A stretch of DNA of 64,000 nucleotides. Source: Octopus vulgaris (lineage: Eukaryota). Under the pieces are notes generated by a model. That model was not told where the DNA came from and did no database searches. It saw only the letters and a list, made by a program, of their open reading frames with translations. Of this stretch, positions 1 through 13,153 are shown piece after piece (the stretch's first letter is position 1; the number at the start of each line of letters is the position of its first letter). The DNA lies in assembly GCA_951406725.2 (NCBI GenBank), contig OX597822.1, positions 10,912,001 to 10,976,000 of the forward strand. The letters run 5' to 3'. The position numbers and the translations under genes are program-made.

Positions 1-400
1 GAAACGTTAGCACGCCGGGCGAAATGCTTACAGGTATTCGTCCGCCGCTACGTTCTGAGTTCAAATTCTGCCGAGGTCGACTTTGCCTTTCATCCTTTCG
101 GGGTCGATTAAATAAGTACCAGTTACGCACTGGGGTCGATATAATCGTCTTAATCCGTTTGACTGTCCTTGTTTGTCCTCTCTGTGTTTAGCCCCTTGTG
201 GGTAGTAAAGAAATACGTATTTCGTCTGCCGTTACATTCTGAGTTCAAATTCCGCCGAGGTCGACTTTGTCTTTCATCTTTCGGGGTCGATAAATCAAGT
301 ACCAGTTACGCACTGGAAGGGCGATGTAATCGACTTAATCCCTTTGTCTGTCCTTGTTTGTCCTCTTTGTGCTTAGCCCCTTCTGGGTAGTAAAGATTAT
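1..400 (+). mobile_element. SINE family A (tRNA-derived head), tandem dimer, head cut by the window edge
   Basis: B-box-like GAGTTCAAATTC, conserved body GCCTTTCATCCTTTCGGGGTCGATAAAT.AAGTACCAG, tail GGGTAGTAAAGAAATA; the body repeats from ~216; many other copies in the window. Confidence 0.85.
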
Positions 401-729
401 ATTTAGTGATGTTATTTCACAGAGATGGAATTATAAACGTAAAGGATGCGCATCTAAAAGAATAAATCGGTTAAAAGCTTGTTAATAATCTTAGTAGATT
501 ACTCCTGATATTTGATTATTTGGCGATTTCACAACTAAAGCCTGAACACGAAGTAACACTGGCCTTCATTACCCCAACAAGGGAGCGTACCAAGTTCATG
601 GGTGCTGCTACTTGTTCTCGGCTAATTAATTAGTGGAAAACTAAAATATTTAACACTTCATAATTTATACAAAAGTTTAATCGGATAACTACATTTACAT
701 TCAAACTACACCATCCCCCAAAACAAAGA

Positions 730-905
730 TGGAGTGTCTACAACCTGCAAGAAATGACAGCCAAATGTGCATCACATCATAAACAGTTATTTTTTAAAAT
801 GGAGATTACATTCGATAATGTTAGCCAGGAAACTATACACCCGAAGAGAACAGATTGATGGCCATGACTAAATTTGTTATGGATAATAGGTATACTTGAT
901 CAGGA
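730..905 (+). repeat. Old unclassified interspersed repeat
   Basis: ACCTGCAAGAAATGACAGCCAAAT motif; weakly similar segments at ~19780-19870 (+), 63260-63340 (-) and 63885-63915 (-). Confidence 0.35.
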
Positions 906-1927
906 TTCTTCGTTTTACATCGTACGGTCTTTTTACAAACGTTATACTTGAATACTTGGAATGTTATACGATACTACACTACGACTTGTTTATAAAATAA
1001 AATTGACTCTACACTCTGCTATACCGCACCACAAAAGTATTACCATACCTCATGTTTGTCTGACTTCATTATTTCAACTAACTCTATGATTCCATAAATC
1101 TGACTATAATATGAACCAAGACAACAACCACATTAACAAGAACAACGATAACAGCAGCAACGACAACGACGCCGGCGGCGATGATGACAACAACAACAAC
1201 AACATTAATAATAAATAGCGAAATCCAAGTCCGAGAACTTGAAGTTTTGTCAAGAAAAATGGTTTCGTCACTGCCAGCCAAACGATATATTTTCTCAATT
1301 CCGTACAGCTTTCATCCATTTTATCATGTCACAGCTAGCCAAGATGGAGGTGGGTCGAAAATGAGAGAAAGAGAGAAACAGACAAAGACAGAGTATGAGT
1401 GAGGAGAAAAAGAGTGAAAGAAAGAGAGGAAGGAGGACAAATGCAATTGGACAGATTCGAAAATTTTCACGAGGCTCATTTATTTCCAATAATCTCCATT
1501 AATCCTTCTTGATAGCTTATCTCGTTCGGTATGGTTACTATGCCACAATACGTATTCCTTCCATTCGTCTCACGTTTAAATTCGTTCTCCCGCGCCAGAA
1601 TTCTAATACGACAAGGGTCATTTGATGCCATATTGTAACTGCTTTATAAATCTATCTTCTTTTATATATGTGTGTGCGCGCGCGTGTGTGTGTATGTGTG
1701 TGTGTGTGCATGCGCATGTGTGTGTGTGCGTGTGTATGTGTGTGTGTGTGTGCTTTATTTGTGTGTATGGTGTTTTTGTTGCATTTCTTTTTATTTAGGT
1801 ATTTGCGTGTTTTTGTTTTATTAGTCGTTTTCTTTATCGAATTGGGCGCAAGACTATGGAAGACTACATGGGGCCATTTTGAAAGATTGTATTTTTTTAT
1901 AGTTTGTTTTTATATTTTTGTTCAGGT

Positions 1928-2163
1928 AGAAGAAGAAGAAGAAGAAGAAGAAGAAGAAGAAGAAGAAGAAGAAGAAGAAGAAGAAGGAGAAGAAGAAGAA
2001 GAAGAAGAAGAAGATGGTGGTGATGAGGACGACGACGACGATGATGATGATGATGATGATGAGGATGATGATGATGATGATGATGATGAGGATGATGATG
2101 ATGATGATGAGGATGATGAGGATGACGACGATGATGGTGATGATGATGATGATGACGATGATG
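1928..2163. repeat. Compound trinucleotide microsatellite (GAA)n-(GAT/GAC)n
   Basis: Seen directly; source of the poly-E/D/S/H ORFs. Confidence 0.95.
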
Positions 2164-2443
2164 AGATAAACACAACTATGTTTAAGACTGTCTGGATGAG
2201 AGAATAATTTGAGAGAGGGACAAAGAAACAAAGAAACAAACAAAACAGAAAAAAAAAACAAAAGATGAAAACTAGGGGTGGGGGAATGAGAGTTGCATCT
2301 GTGGAAGAAATATTGAGGCAGTTAAAGAAATAAAAAGTGGAGAATATTGTGTCAAAGAAACGAGGAAACGAATCAACATGTTTTTAGAATTGTTCCATCT
2401 GTCACACTTGCGATGAAAAGCAGAAACTATAGAGAGGAGAGCC

Positions 2444-2491
<48 letters not shown>

Positions 2492-2723
2492 TGATTCTGT
2501 AAAGAGGCAAGGAGAGAAGGACAGACACAGAGAGTGAGAACGTTTTAATGAAAGACAGAAAAGAATATGTAACGAATAAATTATATAAACTGAAATAATA
2601 CGAACTAAAAGAAAAAGATTACTAAATAAATGAATGAAGAAAGAAAGAAAGGATGAAAGAAAAAAGAAAGAAAGAATGAATGAATGAAAGGAAGCTCAGA
2701 GGATTCATTAGTTCGATAGTGAT

Positions 2724-2782
<59 letters not shown>

Positions 2783-2795
2783 CATATATACATGC

Positions 2796-2830
<35 letters not shown>

Positions 2831-2892
2831 CACCAATTATATAGTGCGTGTGTTTTTATTATAAACTGGCAAAATGACCATTCTGAAATATA

Positions 2893-2943
<51 letters not shown>

Positions 2944-3098
2944 GTATATATATATCTCTATATATGTATGAATATGTGGGTATATATATATGTATATGTT
3001 TATATAATTGTGTGGGTGGGTGTGGGTATGTGTGGGCAGGAATGTGTAGTTAAGGTGTGAACTAGAATGTAATCGGCATTTTGAAAGAAAGCAGAGTG

Positions 3099-3497
3099 CT
3101 CTTTTCTTCTCTAGGCACACGGCCCGAAACTTTTGGGGAGGATCCAGTCGATTAGATTAACTCCAGTACGAAACTGGTACTTAATTTATCGACCCCGAAA
3201 GAATGAAAAACAAAGTCGACCACGGCGGAATTTGAACTCAGAACGTAAAGGCAGACGAAATACCTATTTCTTTACTACCCACAAGGGGCTAAACACACAG
3301 AGGACAAACAAGGACAGGCAAACGGATTAAGTCGATTATATCGACCCCAGTGCGTAACTGGTACTTATTTAATCGACCCCGAAAGAATGAAAGGCAAAGT
3401 GGACCTCGGCGGAATTTGAACTCAGAACGTAACGGCAGACGAAATACGGCTACGCATTTCGCCCGGCGTGCTAACGGTTCTGCCAGCTCCCACCGCC
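3099..3497 (-). mobile_element. SINE family A dimer with TSD
   Basis: Head GGCGGTGGGAGCTGGCAGAACCGTTAGC on minus; TSD AAAGCAGAGTG at 3088-3098 and 3503-3513. Confidence 0.88.
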
Positions 3498-3983
3498 TAA
3501 ACAAAGCAGAGTGTTTACACGAAGAAAGAAAAACAACATAGCAATGGCTTTACATGGTCACTGACCCCCAGATAGCAAAACACCAGTAGCTTCCACCATC
3601 AGGACTAATATTTGTTGAGCTGTTCTTTTTAATGTTCGATGGGGTGTCCTTTTAACATTATATTGAGCAGAGAATTACGATATATCAAGATTTAATATTT
3701 TCTATTGAGAACGGTATCCACATACTGTGAATTTCAGCAAGCATTTCCAGAGATATTAAAATTTACAATTATCAATTCTAGATAGAAGTCCCTGTCAGTG
3801 TGGCAACAAGCCATGCTAATAGTCGCTGATGTGAGTGGTTGTTACATCTTCCAAAATCCGTCAGTTCTTTTTTATTTAAGTCTAATTTTTATCAGCTCTA
3901 ATAACAATAGAGAGATATCTCATTAATGGATTCATAAGTACGAGGCTGTATAGGCTTTGTTATCGCCTTTTGAGATACTACTC

Positions 3984-4400
3984 GGATCTTTTCGGTTTGA
4001 ACGGCAGTTTTTTCTAGCGGTGTCATATGAAATTGTCACCCATAATTATGACCCTAGTATCGATCTATTGCATTTCAATCTGTTTTAGGGTTAGGGTTAG
4101 TTAGGGTTAGGGGTGGGGGAAAGGTATCTTTTTCTTCTTCACAAATGTAAATAAATCCAATCTCTTTCTTATACGAGGGACATATTCATACGGCACAGAA
4201 TGCTTTTTACCTCAATAGACGTATTTGATTGCAGAAATTGAAGAAAAACAACAACAAATATCTTACAAACTATAGAATTTTCTCAATAAAGCCAAGAGAA
4301 AAAGATGTTTTATGAACACTTTCTACCAGTATACGAAGTTTAAAATTTTTCAGTTACCTAGAAATTATGTTAAAAGCTGCCGTTCAAACCGAAAAGATCC
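3984..4400. mobile_element. MITE with ~28-bp TIRs and 8-bp TSD (Merlin-like), with internal TTAGGG repeats
   Basis: TIR GGATCTTTTCGGTTTGAACGGCAG[T/C]TTT at both ends; perfect TSD TACTACTC at 3976-3983 and 4401-4408. Confidence 0.9.
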
Positions 4401-4589
4401 TACTACTCTTTTTAATTTTAGTCGTTTTACTATTATTTTGTTGTTTCTATTAGTCACACAGTGTCCTTGATGTTTTACAGGGATTCTGAGACAGCAAAAA
4501 AGTCATTCTTAAATCGGAAACCTAATCCAATGTATGCATAATGTCAAATATAATTAAATTGAGCGAAGGATTGTCTTTCACTCGGTAAG

Positions 4590-4810
4590 CCATAGTGTGA
4601 TTTGAACTGAGAGAAGCGGACAAATATCGCAAGGGATTTGGTTTAGTATTCTTCCAATACTCCGCCCTCGATTGATACATTTCTATCGAAAGCGAAAGGA
4701 CGAAAGGTAAAGTTAAACTCAGCGAGATTTGAACCTAAAGCTCAAAGAGTGGAAACAAATACTATGAAAATATATTTATAACGATCTAATCACGCTGCCA
4801 ACTTGTCGCC
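4590..4810 (-). mobile_element. Decayed SINE family A
   Basis: GGCGACAAGTTGGCAG head and degenerate body on minus. Confidence 0.6.
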
Positions 4811-6126
4811 TTGGTCGAAGCTGTTTATTTTCAAAGATATTAGTGTCAGAGAGCAGGACATGTTACAGACAGAATGACATTAGCTTGGCCAGTTGATTCA
4901 TTGTCTTCTTGAAACAGCTGATCTCGCAGTAAATTGTAAGGTTAAAAAGATAAACACTGACAATAAGTTGTAGTTAGTGATGAGCACATATGGAAGAACT
5001 TATATACATAGTAAAATCCCAACACCAAAATAGCTGAGGCATCGCTAGATTATAACAGAGACACGTGATCCTTGAATAGGTTAATAAGGGTCATGACCGA
5101 ACGATTATGAAGTTCAATTCACAGTTATGAAGTTTCGGGTAGCAACATAGCCTACTGTCGGTCCAAATCTTATGGTTAAAACCTGGTACACAAAAAGGAG
5201 ACTTATTTGAATGCCAGTCGGATAGATTGTATCCGTTACTCAGTGCCAGCCTTGTCACATTCTGTCAGGTTAAGTTTGTTTGATGTTTGCAATAACGTTA
5301 AACGTGTCTGTATATTACTTATCTATTGACTGTAATAATTCAAGGAATGAGAAGTTGGGTTGCCCCAATACGTGAAGCACTCATCGTCGAAACATTTTCT
5401 GGAAAGACAAACTTTAGTTGTATATCCAACAGCCTCAACAGTCTCTTGGTTCCACCACCACGCTACCCTCTCCACTCGCCACTACCATCATCCCTTGGCT
5501 ACAACCACATGAGTGCCTATATAGCAGTTTACACGGTTGCAACCACTACGATTAGAACTGGTTTCACATTGATCTACATCAATCTCACCGGTTTTAGTGA
5601 GGATTTCAGAAATCCAAAACACCAATGCATATACACCTCTGAAAACTTATTAAAAAATTCCTATAAACACGGGGAATATATCCATCAACAACTTCATTTT
5701 AGAATGACAGAACCATGGTTCTAATATTGTTCTAATAGTTAATGGTTCTAATATTTAAAATGACAGAACCATGATTTTCAATTGTACAATGAACAAAATC
5801 AAATTTACATTTTTAGACATCGGGCCAGACGTTTTTTTTATCCTAAGTCTTTATCTCGGATGCATCTATTTACTATTGACCCATTAGATTTTCGTTGTAA
5901 TTTTTCTGGAGAAATTATTGAATTACCGTAACTTGGAATCTCTTAACGCATTCTCTAGCTTCACTTATTCACTTGGGAAATTGCATACCAAATTTCCTAA
6001 CTTAGATCTTACAAGTCTAATGAAACAATTGTCATACTTTCAATTTATCTCATTTCGACATATCCTTTAAATATAACAAAAAAAAAATTCTTACAATGCT
6101 TTTTGATAATTAACAGACAAGAAGTA

Positions 6127-6328
6127 ATGAATAGGCAGAAACGATGGAACGCCGAACAAAGAGTTTTGCGATATTATATTAAGTTACATATCACGGCGTT
6201 AACAGTGCAAGTCCTTCCAAGGTCGACGTTGCTTTTCATAGATTTGGCGTAGATGAATTGACGAACAGGACAGTTAGTCTGTCGCCTCCATTCCAAATGT
6301 CTGCTGTGCACTTTTAACAGAGATTATT
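6127..6328 (+). mobile_element. Highly decayed SINE family A
   Basis: GGCAGAAACGATGGAACGCCG ... AAGGTCGACGTTGCTTTTCAT remnants. Confidence 0.5.
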
Positions 6329-6467
6329 CGTTGTGGGCAAACATTATTTTACACAGGTGTGTGCAATGTAACATTCGATGAAGCAAAGCTACGGTGATTC
6401 TTTCAGAAAGAAAACATAACACGGTGCTTATTTCATTTTCATATTTTTCGTTGCTGCTCACGCTCCG

Positions 6468-6547
<80 letters not shown>

Positions 6548-6573
6548 ACACACATACACACGCACGCATGCAT

Positions 6574-6618
<45 letters not shown>

Positions 6619-6839
6619 GTGTAATAAATAAAATATATGCATACACACAAACATATATGTACGTACCTACATCTACATGTATATATACATGCATATATAA
6701 ATATATATACGCGTGTACAGGACATCACAAATAGACGTAGAACTCAACGAGAAACGAAAACGTAAAAACAGCATGGAACAGACCATTCCTTTAACAAAGA
6801 AAAAACAGAGTACAAGACAACTACACAAGGAAATATATT

Positions 6840-6871
<32 letters not shown>

Positions 6872-6931
6872 TGTATGTATGTATGTATGTATGTATGTAT
6901 GTATGTATGTATGTATGTATGTATGTATGCA

Positions 6932-7087
6932 AAGGTACATGAAGCCCAGTTACAACTACAGCCGGCTATTACCGGTAAAGGTTTTAGTTGCCAATTTTGT
7001 CCGAGACATTGGAGATCTTTAACTGGGCTAAAAAGTCACATTCGATCACAGCACCAATAACAGTTAAGCTTCGAGGGGGCAGCCATA
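6932..7087 (+). mobile_element. 3' tip of an RTE-clade LINE (C-terminal zinc finger) in an (ATGT)n tract
   Basis: FSCQFCPRHWRSLTGLKSHIRSQH*, then a short 3' UTR TCGAGGGGGCAGCCAT running into AATGTATG. Confidence 0.65.
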
Positions 7088-7657
7088 ATGTATGTATATA
7101 TGTTTATAACTGCTACTCTACACACACATACACACAATAGTATAAGCGCAGATACACAGACACATGTATACATACATACTTACATGCATACATACATACA
7201 TACTAACATACATACATACATACATACATATATGTGTGTGTATATATATTTAAAACAGCTACCCCCTATACGCACATGCACAACACACAATTGTATACAC
7301 ACACACACGCACATACATGTATGTGTATATGCATATGCGTTTATGTACTGAGAACATATATTTCGGAATGGTCATTTTGCCAGTTTAACGTGTGTTTTTA
7401 TTGGCTAAACTGGCAAAATGACCATTCCAAAATACAACAATGTCTGTTTCAACACACGACTTCACATAAAGAATCTTGCACAACAGATATATATACTGAG
7501 GACATATTTTGCTTTAAATTCACTGTTTCCGAAAAACTGTAAAATTCTCATAATGATAGATGAAGAAAGACTTAATGAAATATGATCAAACAACAACACA
7601 GACGTGTTTTCAAGATTGCACATACGTATGCATTTACGTATATATGTAAATATATAA

Positions 7658-7757
<100 letters not shown>

Positions 7758-8415
7758 ACACATAACTTATCGTATACATACATATATACATAATACATGC
7801 GCACTCAAATATATAGGTATATATGAATGTATATAAATATGAATGCATACAAACACAGACTTATATGTATATATGGAAATAATCAGAATGGCACAAATCT
7901 CAGAGTGAATTGGAAAATACGAGTATTGAGAACTACAACCTCTGGTCAGTCAAATTTATCATCGTTGGACTCGTGTCTATCGATCTATTTATCAATATAT
8001 CGTTGGCCTCTAAATCCCCTGTCAGTCGTCCTTACATGAATATTAATATATATGCACCACTCTACGAATATATTGAGTTATAAACCTATACATACATACA
8101 TACATACATACATACATACATACATGCATACATGAGTGTGTTTGTGTGTGCGTATGCTATGTGTATATGCATATACATATATAATAAATAATACATGAAT
8201 ATATAAATATGCATATATATAAAATAATATATGCATACATATATTTTGTTGTCATTTGTTACCTCCATTATATATATATGTGAGTGTGTGTATATATATA
8301 TGTATGCATGTATGTATATATATATATATACATATGTGCGTGTGCATACATATTATATTATATATGTATATATATATACACATATATATACATATATATA
8401 TATTTACACATATGC

Positions 8416-8464
<49 letters not shown>

Positions 8465-8751
8465 GCACACACACGCACTCACACCTACATGCACATACAT
8501 ACGCATACAACGTGCTATTTTCATCATCGATACTTAGAATTTCCATAAACTATTTCACGAACTCTCCTCATCTCAGGCGACAGTCTTCTTTGACAATAAA
8601 AACACCCAGAGGATGTGAGGACAGTCATTGCATTGTCCAACACAGGTTCTAGTTTCAGCTACGTATTTAGCCATACAATATATATCAGCTTTTTACAGGA
8701 CCAGTAGTCTTTCTGTCTCTGTCTCTGTCTGTTTGTCTCTCTCTCTCTCTT

Positions 8752-8819
<68 letters not shown>

Positions 8820-9067
8820 CACAGCTATATATACGAGTGAGTGGACAAACCAAACAAGGGCTCTCAACAAATGTATTGGGAGTTACATGTATGGATCAAA
8901 ACAGTTTGATTCAAATTCGTTGGTACTCCTGAGTTTCAAATTGATGCTAGTCTTGAGCCGTTTTGAATTTGAAAGAAAGAAGTTGATTGTTATTACTGTA
9001 ATGTGGGCCGGGGTTGGTCGAAGAAGGTCAGGTGTTGTCGTAGTTTGATTTTGGTACATTGGTATAC

Positions 9068-9672
9068 TTATTTCCTTACTACCCACAAGGGGCTAAACAC
9101 ACAGAGAGGACAAACAAGAACAGAAGAACGGATTATGTCGATTACATCGACCCCAGTGCGTAACTGGTACTTATTCAATCGACTCCGAAAGGATGAAAGG
9201 CAAAGTCGACCTCGGCGGAATTTGAACTCAGAACGCAACGGCAGACGAAATACCTATTTCTTTATTACCCACAAGGGGCTAAACACAGAGAGGACAAACA
9301 AGAACAGAAGAACGGATTATGTCGATTATATAGATCCCCAGTGCGTAACTGGTACTTAATTTAATCGACTCCGAAAGGATGAAAGGCAAAGTCGGCCTCG
9401 GCGGAATTTGAACTCAGAACGTAACGGCAGACGAAATACCTATTTCTTTACTAGCCACAAGGGGCTAAACACAGAGAGGACAAACAAGGACAGACAAACT
9501 GATTAAGTCGATTATATCGACCCCAATGCATAACTGGTACTTAATTTATCGACCCCGAAATGATGAAAGGCAAAGTCGACCTCGGCGGAATTTGAACTCA
9601 GAACGTAACGGCAGACGAAATACCGCTGAGCATTTCGCCCGGCGTGCTAACATTTCTGCCAGCTCGCCGCCT
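9068..9672 (-). mobile_element. SINE family A trimer under one TSD
   Basis: Three ~186-bp body units (tails at 9069, 9255, 9441) and one head; TSD TTTTGGTA[C/T]AT[T/C]GGTATA at 9049-9066 and 9677-9694. Confidence 0.9.
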
Positions 9673-9709
9673 TACCTTTTGGTATATCGGTATATCAGCG
9701 ACAACAGCT

Positions 9710-10166
9710 GATTGGAAAATACCGCATGGTGAACAGGAAATCGATTACGCAGTGGACAGGAAATCGACCGCGTGGTGGACAGGAAATCGGTCGGGAAGTA
9801 GGAAGGAGCGGTATGCGCCAGTATATACTTGTGTATGTGGGTGTGTGGACGCCCATACGGGTTTGCGTGCGTATCTGTATTGATGCCAGCGTGCTCATCT
9901 GTACGCGCACATCCACGCACACACATAACACACAAACATATAAACGAGCATGTGCGCGCGCACACATAAACGCACATACACACGCATGCGTGTTCATTTA
10001 TATCCACATATGTATATATGCATGCATGGATGCATGCGCGCATGCGTATTAGTGTGCTTGCACACAACCACCAATTACCCAGCTCCAACGCTTACCAATC
10101 CAATGCTTGTTATGCGCATGCGCGTGTGTGAGCACACTAATATGCTTGCGTGCATGTATGTATATA

Positions 10167-10202
<36 letters not shown>

Positions 10203-10470
10203 TATAAATAAATACACATGTGTGTACATGTGTGTGTTGCGCGTGTATGTGTGACTGTGCGCGCGCATGTACGTTCATACATGTGACGAGGCGCGTGTGT
10301 GCCCATGTTCAGTTGCGCACGCTAACATCAATACGGACATGCACGCAAAACCATATATGCAACACACCCACATATACAACTGCATACTTGCGCATACCAC
10401 CCCTTCCGACTTCCCCTCCAACAATCCGACCGATTTCCTGTAAACTACGCGGCCAATTTCCTGTCCACCA
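9710..10470. mobile_element. Foldback-type element with long inverted arms and 23-bp subterminal tandem repeats
   Basis: ~9750-9915 is the reverse complement of ~10295-10470; ACAGGAAATCG recurs at 9733, 9756 and 9779. Confidence 0.7.
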
Positions 10471-11049
10471 ACGCATGTTTGGTTGGAGGGGATGCTTGAA
10501 TTCGTTCAGAAGCTTCGTAGCGCAATCTTTCCACTCGTCCTGGATGGTTTGGCACAAAAAGTGGCCTTTTCTCATCTTGTATGAGGAATACTGAATGTCT
10601 TTATGCATGATAAGAAACTCGGACACTCCCATGTCTCTGACGATGGACTTGATTGACTTGGAGGGATCGTTGTCAATCAAGGCATGGATCTCACAACAAA
10701 TTCAGTTCTTTTCTGAGCAGAAGGAGCAGAGCGAGCTTTTCGAGCAGCCGTACCTTCGTAATCGCCAATATACTTATCCAACTCTTTCCGAATCCTCTGC
10801 ACTGTCCTCAGATTGACACTTAAGATACACTAAAATATTCGTGGTGGACCTTCCGGCGCGAATGCCAAGCGGTACAGCAAGTCGTTTCCTAAGTTCCGGC
10901 AGAGTCAATTGCGTCATGGTGTTGTTTTTCTGACAGACGGTGCCCAGCTGATCCTACGATACAGTGTAGTCGACGAGATCAAAAACAAAAAATGCGTATG
11001 CGTTAAAATTAAGAATATAGAATAGCGGCAATTTACCCATCGCACCCTA
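10471..11049 (-). mobile_element. Tc1/mariner (maT/DD37D-like) 5' fragment
   Basis: TIR TA-TAGGGTGCGATGGGTAAATT at 11049; peptide IDNDPSKSIKSIVRDMGVSEFLI...YKMRKGHFL; 5' end homologous to 38660-38802. Confidence 0.8.
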
Positions 11050-11069
11050 TATATATATATATATATATA

Positions 11070-11467
11070 GGAGTGGCTGTGTGGTAAGTAGCTTGCTAAC
11101 CAACCATATGGTTCCGGGTTCAGTCCCATTGCGTGGCATCTTAGGCAAGTGTCTTCTGCTATAACCCCGGGCCGACCGATGCTTGTGAGTGGATTTGGTA
11201 GACGGAAACTGAAAGAAGCCTGTCGTATATATGTATATATATATATGTATATGTGTGTGTCTGTGTTTGTCCCCCTAGCATTGCTTGACAACCAATGTTG
11301 ATGTGTTTACGTCCCCGTCACTTAGCGGTTCGGCAAAAGAGACCGATAGAATAAGTACTGGGCTTACAAAGAATAAGTCCCGGGGTCGATTTGCTCGACT
11401 AAAGGTGGTGCTCCAGCATGGCCGCAGTCAAATGACTGAAACAAGTAAAAGAGAGAAAAGAGAAAGA
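11070..11467 (+). mobile_element. SINE family B (tRNA head, CORE-like box, internal microsatellite)
   Basis: A-box GTGGCTGTGTGG, B-box GGTTCAGTCCC, CTTAGGCAAGT box, tail CCAGCATGGCCGCAGTCAAATGACTGAAACAAGTAAAAGAG. Confidence 0.9.
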
Positions 11468-11495
11468 TATATATATATATATATATATTCTCGTA

Positions 11496-11982
<487 letters not shown>

Positions 11983-12523
11983 CTATTAAAACAAGACCTA
12001 CCAATGGATTCTTCGCATTAAAACGCGTGGTTAGGCAATCTTCAGGCTGTGACCCTGGTGTTAGTGGAGGTGTAGTGGGTCACCGTCTGTCGTTCGAAGA
12101 TATGGTTTCAATTCTTTTATCAAGCATGACCTGCTTCTGAAATAACGTCTAGGTGGCTGAGTATCCCACATGCATGTGTACTTCTGAGTTATTCCCATGC
12201 TGAGTCAGTGTGTCGTTTGAATTACAGGTTCAATGTACCTGGCGTGTTTCTGTACAGTCTCCGCCTACTTTGTTTCATTCACAAGATATACATCAATCCG
12301 AAGCAATATGACATTTTCCTATGATTCCAAGTGGTGGAATCCAACCCTGGCTCTCATACTTACGAAACGAACTTCTCAAAACATTCAACGCCTACACAAT
12401 ATATGTGTATGTATATGTGAGTGTGTATGTGTCTGTGTGTCTGTGTGTGAATATGTGTATATGTATGTTTATATATATTTTCCATCTCAAATATTATTCA
12501 TATATTTCTTATATATGCTTATA

Positions 12524-12694
12524 GGCGCAGGGGTGGCTGTGTGGTAAGTAGCTTGTTAACCAACCACATGGTTCCGGGTTCAGTCCCACTGCATGGCATC
12601 TTGGGCAAGTGTCTTCTGCTATAGCCCCGGGCCGACCAGTGCCTTGTGAGTGGATTTGGTAGACGGAAACTGAAAGAAGCCTGTCGTATATATG

Positions 12695-12731
<37 letters not shown>

Positions 12732-12932
12732 GTTTGTCCCCCTAGCATTGCTTGACAAGCGATGCTGATGTGTTTACGTCCCCGTCACTTAGCGGTTCGG
12801 CAAAAGAGCCCGATAGAATAAGTACTGGGCTTACAAAGAATAAGTCCCGGGGTCGATTTGCTCGACTAAAGGCGGTGCTCCAGCATGGCCACAGTGAAAT
12901 GACTGAAACAAGTAAAAGGGTAAAAAAGAGAG
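12524..12932 (+). mobile_element. SINE family B, full length
   Basis: GGCGCAGGGGTGGCTGTGTGGTAAG head through the family tail. Confidence 0.9.
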
Positions 12933-13153
12933 TTATATCTAAATCTCACTTTTAACCAACTAAATTATTATGAGCAGTTTCTCAAGGGCTTTAGGAAAAA
13001 GTACCTAATTCAGAAATATTATAGATTTTATAAAAGTTTCTTGCGACGAATTAATCTCGAAGTTCAAGGACAAAGTTTAGAAGAAGCTATGACCAGATAC
13101 GTCAATGATTCTCTGCAATTTGACAAAGTAATACAACCAGCAATTGTCAATTA

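Noticed and set aside
1668-2261. 179-aa acidic ORF and overlapping poly-S/H/I ORFs
   Set aside because: Translations of (GT)n, (GAA)n and (GAT)n; open in several frames because the repeats lack stops.
4085-4118. True telomere or chromosome-fusion relic
   Set aside because: Only about four units, and they lie inside a TIR/TSD-bounded MITE.
5326-5724. 132-aa ORF
   Set aside because: Spans decayed repeat remnants, has a non-ATG start and no recognisable domain.
9068-9800. CRISPR-like regular repeats
   Set aside because: Whole units repeat with no unique spacers; SINE concatemer and transposon subterminal repeats in eukaryotic DNA, with no cas genes.
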